NCBI RefSeq assembly: GCF_009914755.1
Contig: NC_060943.1
Reading direction: 5' to 3' (one strand)
DNA from: the human T2T-CHM13v2.0 reference genome, Homo sapiens
Length of the DNA stretch: 64,000 nucleotides
The stretch's first letter is position 1. Each line of letters starts with the position of its first letter. Shown here piece after piece: positions 1-24,431 of this stretch. Both the position numbers and the translations under genes were made by a program. The notes below the pieces were generated by a model that worked only from the letters and a program-made list of their open reading frames with translations, searched no databases and had not been told where the DNA came from.

Positions 1-32
1 AGGGTTTCATATTGGCTGTTACGTGTATCGGT

Positions 33-235
33 AATCGGGATTTCCCAACGTCAGCGCTACTGACGTTTGGGGCTGGATGATCCGTCCTTGTAGGCCCCGA
101 CCTGTGCACGGTATAGGATGTGGGCAGCATCTCTGGCCTTTACTCACTAAATGCCAGCAGCACCCGCACTCCCAGCTGTGACAACCATAGATGTCCGTAG
201 ATAATGCCAAAAGTCCCCCACCTGTGAATCACTGT
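33..235. mobile_element. MER20-like hAT DNA transposon relic
   Basis: ...ctactgacgtttggggctggatgat...gccagcagcacc...gtgacaacca...atgtcc...gcca...aatcactg signature. Confidence 0.65.
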
Positions 236-273
236 ATTCAACACAGTGTGCAGGATCAAGAATACACGGTACT

Positions 274-7632
<7,359 letters not shown>

Positions 7633-7767
7633 TCACAACTCCATAAAAGACTGCCCTTAGAAACCCTATTGTAATAACCCCAAACTGGAAACTACACAAA
7701 CATCCATCCGTCCACCATTGAATGGATAAATAGATTGTGTTATATTTGTACAATGGAATGCCATCTA

Positions 7768-7975
7768 GTAGGGGTTGACAAACTTTTTCTGTTAAGGACC
7801 AGATAGTAAATATTTTCAGTTTTCTGGGCCATGTGGTCTCTGCTGCAGCCATTGCCAGGCTTACACAGCTATAGACCACAGTGAATGAATGGGCGTGGCT
7901 TTGTTCCAATAAAACTTTATTTACACAAACAGGCAACAGTCTAGAGCTGACTCCAGGTTGTAGGTTTCCAGCCTG
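7768..7975. mobile_element. MER58A-like DNA transposon relic
   Basis: ggggttgacaaactttttctgttaaggaccagatagtaaatatttt...gttccaataaaactttatttaca. Similar copies at ~20821-21045 and ~28067-28290 (opposite strand). Confidence 0.7.
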
Positions 7976-8779
7976 TGCCATTCAGCAATGAGAGTCAACA
8001 ATCAACATACAACCTATGTTAAATGGAGGAAGACAGACTCAAAGGAGTACAGACTGTACTGTTCCATTTCTATAAAGTTCAAGAACAGGAAGAAGTAATC
8101 TATGGTGTTAGAAGTCAGAATAGTGGTGACCCTTGGGAGAAGAAGAGGGACAAGAGGGCTTGGGGATGTTCTGATTTTAAAATCTGGGTGCTGGCTTCCT
8201 GGGCTTGTTCACTTTGTGATAATTTGTTGAGCTGTACATTCACAATGTTTGCACCATTTTTGTGTGCATTTATTCTAAATAAAGCTGGGCAAGGGTGCTG
8301 CCTGTGACAGTCTGATACCTGGCACAGCAGCTGCACAGCGGAAACCCCCAGCTTCTCACCGGAATTGGGATCTGACAGCTTCTCAGCCTCACAGCTGTTG
8401 GAGCTTCTCAGATCCACTGATTTAGTGAATTTGACACGGCGGAAAAATTCTCAGGTTCTTACAAGAACCACGCCTCAGTGACTCTCCTCTTTCTTAATCT
8501 CACCACTTTCAAACCAGGAAATGAGCAGAGAGAAAAAAAAAACAAAAACCAACAATAAACCCATTTAAATACCTCTGAGACACCAAGGGAAATGTCCTAA
8601 ACGCCAGGTAATGAAGTCCATGTTCTTTACTCCTGGGAAAGCGTTGCTAATTCATCTCCTTCATGCTGTGACTCACGCATCTCTGGTGAAGAGAGGCCTC
8701 CCCAGACCACCTGATCTAAGGGAGCAGCCCCTCACCCCAGCGTTTCCTGGCAGTCTTCTCTGCTTTCTGTTTTGCCTTC

Positions 8780-9310
8780 ATGAGTGTAAGAAACTGAATT
8801 TTGTCTCCTCCTAAAAAAGAATTGTTGACATCCTAACCCCCAATACCTCAGAATGTGACCATATTTAGAAACAGGGTCATTGCTGATGTAATTAGTCAAG
8901 ATGAGGTCATCCTGGAGCAGAGTGAACCTCTAAACCAATTTGACTGGTGTCCTTATAAAAATAATGCCATGTGGGCTGGGTGCGGTGCCTCATGCATGTA
9001 ATCCCACACTTTAGGAGGCCAAGGTGGGCAGATCACCTGAGGTCAGGAGTTCGACACCAGCCTGGACAACACGGTGAAAGCCCGTCTCTACTAAAAATAC
9101 AAAAATTAGCCAGGTGTGGTGGCACACACCTGTAGTCCCATCTACTCGGGAGGCTGAGGCTAGGACAGAGGACTGGGACAGATTCTCCCTCGTGGACTTC
9201 AGCAGGAACCAGCTCAGGCAACACTGCAAATTTCTGGCCTCTGGAATTGTGAGACAATAAATTTCTACCATTTAAGCCACACAGTTTCTGGTGCTTGGTT
9301 ACGGCTAATA
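8780..9310 (+). mobile_element. MLT1-type (ERVL-MaLR) LTR interrupted by a truncated Alu (8973-9160)
   Basis: cctaacccccaatacctcagaatgtgacc...gatgtaattagtcaagatgaggtcat...gtgagacaataaatttct...aagcca...ctaataca. Confidence 0.75.
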
Positions 9311-9536
9311 CAGATGGATAAAATTCAGATATGGGGGAAGGGGAGGATGGGCATTCAAGGTGAAGGGAACAGCCTGGGCAAAGGTTAGGAACCAGGACAC
9401 CACTAGGCTTCCACAGAGAAGGATGCGAAGTTTAGTGTCATGGGGTTGTGGTGTGCATTACTATAGGATGCTGCATCTCAGGGACACTTGACCCATGCTC
9501 ACTGTCCCCTTCTCAGTTCCAGACGTGTGTCTCTGA

Positions 9537-9923
<387 letters not shown>

Positions 9924-10926
9924 TGAACTCCTGACCTTAGGTGATCTCCCCGCCTTGGCCTCCCAAAGTGGTGGGATTACAGGCGTAAGCCACTGTGCCA
10001 GCCTATCTATCTATCCGTCGGTCTGTCTGTCTATCTATCTATCTACCTTTTCAGAGACAAGGTCTCACTCTGTCACCCAGGCTGGAGTGCAGTGGCTCAA
10101 TCACAGTTCACTGCAGCCTCAAACTCCTGGGCCCAAGTGATTCTCCCACTTCAGCCTCCTGAGTAGCTGGACTACAGGTGCATGTCACTACACCTGGTTA
10201 ATTTTAATTTTTTTAAAATAGAGATGAGGGTCTTGCTATGTTGCCCAGGCCGGTCTTGAACTCCTGGCCTCAAGCAATTCTCCTGCGTTGGCCTCCCAAA
10301 GTGCTGGGATTACAGGCACGAGCCACCGTGCAATCTATACAATCTGGATTTTACCAAGTCCTAGAGGTGGTTTCAGCTTTGCTCAAGTTTAAGCAGCTCC
10401 AGCTTTGCTGCTTAAAATGTGGTCCATGAAGTAGCAGCATCAGCATCACCTGGAGTTTATATTAAAAATACAGAACCTCCACCCCACCCTGGACCTGCTG
10501 AATCAGAATTTTAAGATCCCTCACAACATTAACTGCGGGAGGGATGCTGTGTCCTTGATGCATGACATCAAGAGGTCTCTGATGTCAGCAGGTCCCACAA
10601 CGGGTGATACTAACTTTGATCCCATGCTTAAGATGCTGTCTACCCAGTTTCTCCTCTGTAAAGTTACTCTTTCTCACACAGAGCTCATTTGATGGCTTTT
10701 ACCAACGCACATTTTTAGAGCATATGAAACTGTGAGAATCCCTGATCTAGAGAGTATTGCTCAATAACCATAGGTGTAATGACCCATGTTTGTAATAACA
10801 GCCCTGAGTCAAGGAAAGAGCTGATTAATTACGGCATCTGTGGGAGGTAATTTAGCTTAATGGGTAAGAGTTCAGACTTGGAGGCACCAAATTAGGGACG
10901 CAGGTAGCCAAAGCGCAGAGGTTTAA

Positions 10927-11190
<264 letters not shown>

Positions 11191-11251
11191 TAGTAGAGAT
11201 GGGGTTTCACTATGTTGGCCAGGCTGGTCTCGAACTCCTGACCTCAGGTGA

Positions 11252-11410
<159 letters not shown>

Positions 11411-11413
11411 TGA

Positions 11414-12007
<594 letters not shown>

Positions 12008-12419
12008 TCACAGCACAGTGCCCAGCATACGGTAGGTGCTTAAAAAATTGTGTTGAATTTTTAAAAATGTGAGCACTGGAATCAGACTCACATGAGTTCA
12101 AATCCCAGCTCTGCCCCTTACTTATCTGTCTCTAAGTCTGTTTCTGTGTTGGTGAAATTGAGATAATGGTGCTGAAAGGGTTAAAGAAATATGATGCATG
12201 TGAAGGTTTTGCCATATATGGCTTTTGAAAACCTTTTTATTTTGAAATAATTTCAGACTTAACAAAAAAGTTGCAAAAATAATGCAAAGAATTCTCATAC
12301 AAAATAATGCAAAGAATTCTCACTCTTCACCCAAGCTTCTCCAAAGGTTGAAACTTTTCATAACCACAGTAAAATATTATGAAATAAACATGGTAACATT
12401 TCTGTGGACTAATCTACGA

Positions 12420-12640
12420 ACCCTTTCCCTCCCTCCCTCCCTCCCTCCCTCCCTTCCTTCTTTCCTTCCTTCCTTCCTTCCTTCCTCCTCCTTCCCCTCC
12501 TTCCCTCCCTCCTTCCCTTCTTTCTCTCTCTCTTTCTCTTTCTTTCCCTCCCCTCCCTTCCCCTCCCCTCCCCTCCCTTCCCTTCCTTCCTTCCTTCCTT
12601 CTTTCCTTCCTTCCATCCTTCCTTCCTTCCTTCCTTCCGA
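12420..12640 (+). repeat. (TTCC/TCCC)n polypyrimidine tract (similar tracts at 2490-2595 on the purine strand and 18577-18677)
   Basis: Pure C/T tract about 220 bp long. Confidence 0.95.
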
Positions 12641-12717
12641 CAGAGTCTCACTGTGTTGCCCAGGCTGGAGTGTGGTGGCACAGTCACAGCCACTGCAGGC
12701 TTGACCTCCCAGGCTCA

Positions 12718-13387
<670 letters not shown>

Positions 13388-13740
13388 CTACTATAGGATT
13401 CTATTTATAAAAAGCTCTAGAACAGACAAAACTAATCTGTGGTGATAAAAAGCAGAACATTAGTTGCCTGGGGGTGGGTGGAGGTGCGAGTTGGCTGGGG
13501 AGAGTGTCAGGTAACTTTCTAGGACATGGAAATGTTCTATTTTTTTCTAGTTGGGTGTATACGTTTGTCAAAACTCATTGAATGGTATACTTAGCAATTG
13601 TACATTTAACTGTCTGTAAATTTTACCTAAATAAAAGGAACCCTAAACAAATATTGAAATTGAATTAATGATGTGTGCAATGAAGTGTTTATGGCTGAAG
13701 CCTACTGACGTCTGCAGATTATTCTAATGAATGGATAAGC

Positions 13741-13955
13741 TGCAGTTTCTCAACTCCAGCACTATTGACATTTGAGGCCAGAGAATTATTTGTTGTGGGA
13801 GGCTGTCCTGTGCATTGTAGGATGTGGTTGACATCCTGGCCTCTACCCACTAAATGCCAGCAGCACTCCCACACACACAGGTTGACAGTAATAAATGTTT
13901 CCAGACATTGCCAATGTCCCTGGGGGGACAAATTTGTCCTTGGTTTAGAATTGCT
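13741..13955. mobile_element. MER20-like DNA transposon relic
   Basis: tttctcaactccagcactattgacatttgaggccagagaatt...ggctgtcctgtgcattgtaggatg...ccagacattgccaatgtcccctgggggg. Confidence 0.75.
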
Positions 13956-14009
13956 TAAATAGAGAGAAGGATGAATGGATACATATTTATCCAATGCAGC
14001 TAATACAGC

Positions 14010-14193
14010 ATATATATATATATATATACTCATATACATATACTCATATATATATTCATATATATATACTCGTATATATATACAAGTATATACATACATG
14101 AATATATATATACAAGTATATATATATTCATGTATGTATATACTTGTATATATATACGAGTATATATATATGAGTATATATATATATATATGA

Positions 14194-14227
<34 letters not shown>
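14010..14227. repeat. Degenerate (TA)n microsatellite abutting an Alu tail
   Basis: tatata... with tac/tgt interruptions. Confidence 0.95.
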
Positions 14228-14243
<16 letters not shown>

Positions 14244-16267
14244 GAGATGGAGTCTCACTCTGTTACCCAGGCAGGAGTGCAGTGACACGATCACAGCTTG
14301 TTGCATCCTCAACCTGCTGGACTCAAGCGATCCTCCCGCCTCATTTTTTGATTTTTTATAGAGAGGAGATCTCATTCTGTTGGCCAGGCTGGTCTTGAAC
14401 TCCTGGCCTCAAGCGATTCTCCTGCTTCGGCCTCCCAAAGTGCTGAGATTACAGGCGTGAGCCATTGTGCCCAGCCTAATGCAGCAGAATATTAACAGCT
14501 GTAGAATCTAGCCAGTGGCTACTTGGAGGTTCATTGTACACTTTTTCCCCCCAAATTTTCTGTATCTTTGAAATGTTCCGTAAGTATTAGGGGAAAAATG
14601 CATACACCCTAAGATCCAGCAGTACCACTTACTAGTGACTGCCCTAGGGAAAAATAATTGGCCTGCATTCACAAAGAGGCATGTATAAAAAGATCCTTTA
14701 AAAAAAATTCCCTTGTCTAAAATAGCAAAACACTGAAACAATGTAAATGCGTATCAACTCATCAACTGTGGAATTTTTTTTTTTTGAGACGGAGTCTTGC
14801 TCTGTTGCCCAGGCTGGAGTGCAGTGGCGTGATCTCGGCTCACTGCAAGCTCTGCCTCCCAAGTTCACGCCATTCTCCTGCCTCAGCCTCCTGAGTAGCT
14901 GGGACTACAGGTGCCTGCCACCACACCCAGTTAATTTTTTATATTTTTAGTAGAGACGGGGTTTCACCATGTTAGCCAGGATGGTCTTGATCTCCTGACC
15001 TCGTGATCTGCCCGCCTAGGCCTCCAAAAGTGCTGGGATTACAGGCGTGAGCCACTGCACCTGGCCCAACTGTGGAATGTTTAAAATGAACTATGGGCCA
15101 GGCATGGTGGCCAATGCCTATAATCCCAGCAGTTTGGGAGGTGGAGGCAAGAGGATTGCTTGAGGCCAGGAGCTTGAGACCAGCCTGTGCAAACAGAGAG
15201 ACTCCATCTCTACAAAAAAAATTTAAAAAATTAGCTGGGTGTGGTGGTGCATGCCTGTAGTCCCAGCTACTCAGGAGGCTGAAGCAGAAGGATCGCTTGA
15301 GCCCAGCAGTTCAAGGTTGCAGTGAGCCCTGATTGCACCATTGCCCTCCAGCTTGAGTGACAGAGTGAGATTCTGTCACACACATACACACACAAAAAAA
15401 AGAAAGAAAAGAAAAGAAAAGAAAAAAGATCCTTAATTACATCTGCAAAGTTCCTTTTGCCATGTAAAGTAGCATATTCACAGGCTTCAAGGATTAGGAT
15501 GCAGACATCTTTGGGAAGCCATTATTCATCCTATAACAGTGATTGTACTATTTTACATTCCCACTATCAGTATAAAAGAATTCCAGTTGCTCCACATCCT
15601 CACCAACAGTTGGTGTTGTCAATCTTGTTTATTTTAGCCATTCTGGTACATTTCATTATGATAAATAATATACATTAATTTTACACATTTAAAAACATTG
15701 GGCTGGGTGCAGTGGCTCACGTCTGTAATTCCAGCACTTTGGGAGGCCAAGGTGGAAGGATCACTTGAGCTCAGGAGTTTGAGACCAGCCTGGGCAACAC
15801 AGCAAGACACCATCTCTATGTTTAAATAACAACAAAAATAAAAACATTATTCTATATTCATTATTGCCACACCGAAGAATTATACAGGCTAAATATCCTC
15901 TGACTAGTGAATGTATAGACAAACTGTGGTATATTTGTACAATAGAGTACTACTCAGCAATGAAAAAGCATACACTACTGATACATGCCACAACATGGGT
16001 GAATCTCACATGCATCATGCTAAATGGAAGATGCCAGACTCAGAGGCTATACACTCTGTGATTCTATTTATATAACATCCTGCAAAAGACACACCACAGG
16101 GACCAAAAACAGAGCAGTGATTGTCAGGAGCAAGAAAGGAGTTGACTGGGCCGGGTGTGGTGGCTCAAGCCTGTAATCCTAGCACTTTCGGAGGCCGAGG
16201 CGGGTGGATCACGAGGTCAGGAGTTTGAGACCATCCTGGCCAACATGGTGAAACCCCGTCTCTACTA

Positions 16268-16429
<162 letters not shown>

Positions 16430-16545
16430 TCAAAAAAAAAAAAAGAAAGGAGTTGACTGCAAAGAGGCACAAGGGAATTTTCAAGGGTGACAGATTTGTT
16501 GCGTCTTAATTTTGTTGGTGGTTACACAGGTGTAAGCATTTGTCA

Positions 16546-16824
<279 letters not shown>

Positions 16825-17018
16825 CTAGGTGACAGAGTGAGACTCCATCTCAAAAAAAAAAAAAGTTGTACACTAAAAAGGGTGAATTTTACCTCATAGG
16901 TATACACATATAAATTATATATGTATCTATATTATGTAAAACTGTGTGCAAATATGGCTGGGTATGGTGGCTCATGCCTATAATCCCAGCACTTTGGGAG
17001 GCCGAGGCGGGCAGATCA

Positions 17019-17267
<249 letters not shown>

Positions 17268-18177
17268 TTATAAATTTGTACATATATTTAATAAGCCTGA
17301 CTTTAAAAAGACAATTCTGGAGGAAGGGTCTGTAAGTTTTATCGGATGCCAAGGGACCCACCGCACGTGCACAAAGACTAAGACTCCTGCGGGGGTTGAC
17401 TGTGCATACCTGTGTCACCTGCCACGATGGGAATGAAGGGAGAGGAAGGAAGGACATTCCAAGGAAAGGACCCTTCCCAGGCTCAGATTCAGGACAGGGG
17501 TGGCCCCTGGGCCAGGAGCCCGGAGTGCAGGGAGCTTGCAGAGGAGTGGTAGGGAGGAGGAAGGGGGTGGGTTGAAACCAGATGGGGACTCGGTTTCTAC
17601 CTTTGTCACCGGGCTATTATCATCTACACCTCTCCATATATTCGTTAATCATACACCTGCTTTATCTGCCCTCCCAGCCTGCATTCCATTCGGGCGGACA
17701 GATGTCCCTGAAGGCCCGAGGGACACCAGCCGCTATGCCAGGCTCCAAAGAACCCGAGGCAAACCAACGCTGGTCCCGGTCTTTGAGGACTCCCCGGCCC
17801 AGTGAGGGAGACCGACAGGTAAGCAGGCAGTGTCCAAGCCTGGGGAAGAGGCTGTAAGGCAGACACCGCAGGCACTGGCAGGGCTCCCTATGGAACAATC
17901 AGGGAAGACATCCTGAAGAAGGGGGCATTGGGGTGAGGCCTTTCCCCCATGTAATGAGGCCAAGCCCAATAATAATAATGATATTAATAATAATGGCCAC
18001 TGGCCGGGTGCAGCGGCTCACACCTGTAATCCCAGCTCTTTGGTTTTGTCATTTGTTTGTTTTGAGACTGAGTCTTGCTCTATCGCCCAGGCTGGAGGGC
18101 AGTGGCACGATCTCGGCTCACTGCAACCCCGGGTTCATGTGATTCTCCTGCCTCAGCCTCCCGAGTAGCTGGGATTA

Positions 18178-18435
<258 letters not shown>

Positions 18436-20489
18436 TCAAAAACAAAAAGTAAATAATAATAATAATAATAGTAGCCACCAGCATTTATCGAGGGCTTGCA
18501 ATGGGCCAAAATCACTACGCTAAGCACAGGACGTGAACTAATTAATTTAACCCTTCAACAGCTGTAAATCTTTTCCCATCCTGCCTTCCTGCCTTGCCCT
18601 CCCTCCCTCCCTCCCTCCCTCCCTCCCTCCCTCCCTTCCTTCCTTCCTTCCTTCCTTCCTTTCTTCCTTCCCTCCTTCGAGACAGGATCTTGCTCCGTTG
18701 CCCAGACTGGAATGTGCAGTCGTGCAATCACGGCTCACTGCAGCCTCAACCTCCTGGGCTCAAGTGATCTGCCCACTTCAACCTCCCAAAGTGCTGGGGT
18801 TACAGGCGTGAGCCACTGCACCTGGCCAGCAGATACTTTTATCACTATCCCCCTTCTTACAGATCCAGGAACATTGAGGCACACACTTGTTTCCTTCCCT
18901 CAAAATGTTCCTGCTGTGGCTAGGGAGATGGTCATGGACACAGTGTCAGTCTGGTGAAGCTGTGCTTTGACGGTAGCAGCAGAAGGCATTGAAAGGAAGT
19001 GAGAGGAGAGAGGGACTGATTCTGGCTGGGGAAGGAACGGAGGGTTGGGGATGCCGCTTGCAGAAGGCTTCTGAGAAGCGATTGCCCTCCAGGACAGATC
19101 CTTTTATAGGGCGTGGACTTTGGTGCATAGAATTCCGTCATATTTTCCGTTCCTGTTTCTCTATCATTTGTCCATATCCCGATTTTGCTTTCTTTCTTAT
19201 TTTTCTCTTTAATGCTCCAGCCTCACTCCTGTTACCTCCTCTGGTGCCCCATAAACAAACCCTAACACCTTTAACATTCACGCAATCTTGGGTATGTAGA
19301 AATGCTTACAGACCAGACAGCATTGCTTCGTGTAATTATATCTTCTAAATTGACACAAAGGATAAATGCTATCTTTTAAATTGTGCTATAGACTGTTTTA
19401 TTTCCTACTGTTTCAATTCAACATTAATTTTTTTTTGTTACGTTGTTTTTTGTTTTTTAAAACAGAGCTGGTGCCTTAGCCTCCCAAGTAGCTGGGATCA
19501 CAGGTGCGCACCACCACGCCCAGTTAATTCTTATATTTTTAGTGGAGACGGGGTTTCGCCATGTTGCCCAGGGTGGTCTCAAACTCTCGGCCTCAAGCGA
19601 TCTGCCCACCTCAGCTTCCCAAAGTGCTGGGATTACAGGCCTGAGCCACCATGCCCGGCCCAGTATTATGTTTTTATGATCTCTCCACGTTACCAAGTGA
19701 AACTGATTTATTGCTTCCAGGACAACATGGAGGAATCCACTCCCTTTTGCTTACCAGCTCCCCACGAAACAGACCTCATGGTGTTCTCTACCTCCCTATT
19801 CCCACCCGTAATGCTGCCCTGGTCATCCTGGGGTATGTCCTTGTATGTTACCTGTGCATGCTTCTCTATGGTACCTACTTGGAAGTGGGATCGCTGGATC
19901 CCGGGAGAAATGCACAGTGAATGTCACAAAATTCTGCCCCATTATCTAAGGTGGGTCTTGAAGCTCTAGCAGCATGTCACCAGGCAGAGAAGGGCGGAGA
20001 AGGGACCAACCAGTTCAAAGGACTGAGAGTCCACAGCATGTCCAGGGTTCAGTGAATTATAGGTGACCCACCCGAGGGGTGGAACCTTTCAGGGAACAGC
20101 CGTGTAATAAACACTTGACTGCACTGGTTTCTTTTTCATTTTTTTTTTTTCCTAAAAAGGAAAATAGTCTTGTTGTGGGTGGCAGCTTGGCAACGTCTAT
20201 GAAAATCTTAACTGCATATACTCTTTGACCTAGCAATATCACTACTCATGCATGAGGAAGTAGGAAGAAGGAGGCTCAGTGTGTTGCGGTCTGTAAAGGT
20301 GGAACAAGGAAAACCACCAGCAGCCCCACCAATCGGCGAGGAGTCAAAGGAACCATAGATAGGCTGCGGCTATTGGATACTGTGTGGTGTAGACAAGATA
20401 AAGGTGAATTAAAACATAGGAGCACAGGCTGCGCGCGGTGGCTCACGTCTGTAATCCCAACACTTTGGGAGGCTGAGGCGGGTGGATCA

Positions 20490-20774
<285 letters not shown>

Positions 20775-21559
20775 TCAAGAGATCATAATATTTCTCAGTT
20801 CTGAATCTATATATGTAAACCAGGAGTTGGCAAGCTTTTTCTGTAAGGGCTCAGATTGTAAATATTTTCAGCTTTGAACATATGGTCTCTGTCACAATTG
20901 CTTAACTGCGTCCTTATAGCATGAAAGCAGCCACAGCCACAGACAATACTAAACCAACAAGCATGGCTGTGTTCCAATAAAAGTTTATTTATAAACCCAG
21001 GCAGTAGGCCAGTGTGGCCTGTGGGCTGTCATTTGCTGACCCCAATGTAAATAAATAGTAAATGTTAGATCCGGCTCAGTGGCTCATGCCACTGAGCACT
21101 TTGGGGAGCCAAGGCAGGACGATCACTTGAACCCAGGAGTTCAAGACCAGCCTGGGCAACATAGTGACACCTCATCTCTACAAAACAATAAAAAAATTAG
21201 CCAGACGTGGTGGTGAGTGCCTGTGGTCTCAGCTACTCTAGAGGCTGAGATGGGCAGACAGCTTAAGCCTGGGGTGGCAAGTTTAGGCTGCAGTGAACTG
21301 TGATTGCACCACTGCACTCCAGGCTGAGCGACACAGTGAGACCCTGTCTCAAAAAAAAATATTTGTGGAAGAAATTACAACAAAATACCAGGGGTACATC
21401 TGGAAGGCAGAGTGAAAAGGAAGGGCCTGGTCAAGGGAAATATTACCCTCGTGTTTACATTTTTTCTACTTTGTGTAATTAAAATTGCTTTAAATTAAAA
21501 AGAAAAAAGTGTTTTAAAAATAGCTTTGGTGACCTTCTTCTTTCTGATCAGCATCTTAG

Positions 21560-21931
<372 letters not shown>

Positions 21932-22119
21932 TGACTTCAGGTGATCTGCCAGCCTTGGCCTCCCAAAGTGCTGGGATTACAGGTGTGAGCCGCAGCGCTT
22001 GGGCCCCATCTCTATTTGAAAGAAAGAAAGAAAGACAATGCCGGCAGTACATGAAAGCAATGAGGAAGCAAAGTTCTCTAGCACCCTACCAGCTAGAGGA
22101 GAATTTCTCAGAGAGTTTC

Positions 22120-22890
22120 TTTTATTCACTTAGCAGGTATTTACCCGGCACTTACCATGTGCAAGGAACTGTCCTAGGTGCTAGGGATAGAACAGTAAAT
22201 GAAACCGAGTCCCTCCCCTCTATAGGGTGGATATTCTGCAGTCAGAGAGACAGGCAACAAATAACAAACACAACAAATAAATAAATGGTATAGCAGGTGA
22301 GAAGGTCAGAAGTGCTATGGAAAGGCAGAAACAAGGGGCAAGTAAAGGGGATGGAGGTGCCTGGTGCCAGGTGAGGCATTAAACAGAGTGACCAGAGAAG
22401 GCTTCATTGCGAAGGTGACATTTAAACAATGGCCTGAATGAATGAGGCGAGAGCTAGGGGGATGTCTGGGAGGAAGAGTGTTCCAGGCAGAGGCAGCAGC
22501 CGTGCAAAGGCCCTGAGGTGGGAACGTGTCGGTTGCATTTGAGGAACAGCAAGGGAGCAAGTTGGCTGTAGTGGCATGAGCCAGGGGGAGAGGGTGAGAG
22601 GTGAAGAGAAATGAAGGACAAAGCAGGTCACAGCCTGCACAGCCCCGTGGTCCATGGTGAGGACTTTGGTTTTACTCTGGGCCACGGTGAGGTGGGGGCG
22701 GTGTCTGAGCAGAGGAGGGACAGGAGCTAACTTGAGGTCTAAGAGGGTCCTCTGACTGCCCTGTGGGAGCAGACGCAGTGGGAAGTGGGGAGACCAGAGA
22801 GGAGGCACCTGCAGTGGTCCAGAAAGGAGATGATGGTGGATTTGACCAGAGTGAGGCAGTGGGGGTGGCAAGAAGGGGTCGGATTCTGGA
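22120..22890 (+). mobile_element. L2 LINE relic (similar L2 pieces at ~26710-27320 and ~31430-32010)
   Basis: ttaccatgtgcaaggaactgtcctaggtgctagggata...gaaggtgacatttaaac...gttccaggcagaggcagcagccgtgcaaaggccctgaggtggga. Confidence 0.7.
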
Positions 22891-23045
22891 GCTAGAGCTA
22901 GAGATTATATAGATATAGATTTTTTTTTGAGATGAGGTCTCACTCTGTCACCCAGGCTGGAGTGCAGTGGCGCGATCTCAGCTCACTGCAACCTCTGCCT
23001 CCTAGATTCAAGTGATCCTCTCGCCTCAGCCTCCCAAGTAGCTGA

Positions 23046-23216
<171 letters not shown>

Positions 23217-24212
23217 TAGCTGGGATTACAGGCATCCACTACCACGCCTAGCTAATTTTCGTGTTTTTAGTAGAGACAGGGTTTCACCGTGTTGGCCAGG
23301 ATGGTCTCAATCTCCTGACCTTGTGATCCACCCGCCTCAGCCTCCCAAAGTGCTGGGATTACAGGCGTGAGCCACCATTCCCGACCTTTTTTTTTTTTTT
23401 TTGAGTTGGAGTTTTCGCTCTTGTCGCCCAGGCTGGAGTGCAACGGCATGATCTCAGCTCACTGCAACTTCCACCTCCTGGGTTCAAACGATGCTCCTGC
23501 CTCAGTCTCTGAGTAGCTGGGATTACAGGCGTCTGCCACCACGCCCAGCTAATTTTTGTATTTTCAGTAGAGATGGGGTTTCACCAAGTTGGCCAGGCTG
23601 GTCTTGAACTCCTGGGTTCAAGGGATCTGCCTGCCTCAGCCTCCCAAAATGCTGGGATTACATGGCATGAGCCGCCACATCCGATCAGATTCTGGATATA
23701 TTTTGAAGGTCACATTGACATTTGCTGATAAACTGGATGTAGAGGTAAGAAGGAAAGAGGAATCAAGGATGGCGCTAAGTGTTTTGGCTCAAGTACGATC
23801 AAGAGCCATCTGCCACAGATCACCTGGGGACTCGTAAAAATGCAAGTCCCTGTCCCCGCCTGGATCTACTCAGCTGGCAACTCTGGGTGGGACCCAGGAA
23901 ACTGCTTTCTGAGTAAGCTGCCCAGGAAAAGACTAGAAACCCAGAGGCAACCATGATCCTCTTGGGGTGGGGGGGGGTGGTCGTCTCAGGGTAGAACATT
24001 AGAGTGGTTGCAAGACTCCCCAGGTTCAAATCCTGGCCCTGCCATTCCACCTATGTGAGCTGGAATGATACCTTAAATTCTCCCAGCCACAGTTTCTTCA
24101 TCTGTAACAAGACTATCGATGGTGCCTGCCTCACAGGGCTGACTTAGGGCCTGAATGAGTTCATGTGTATAAAATATATAAAATGGTGCCACCACATACA
24201 ACTTCCCAATAA

Positions 24213-24431
<219 letters not shown>

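Noticed and set aside
13719-14375. 218-aa Ile/Tyr-rich ORF and the many short [13 protein letters not shown]-type ORFs
   Set aside because: Translations of (TA)n microsatellites and Alu consensus.
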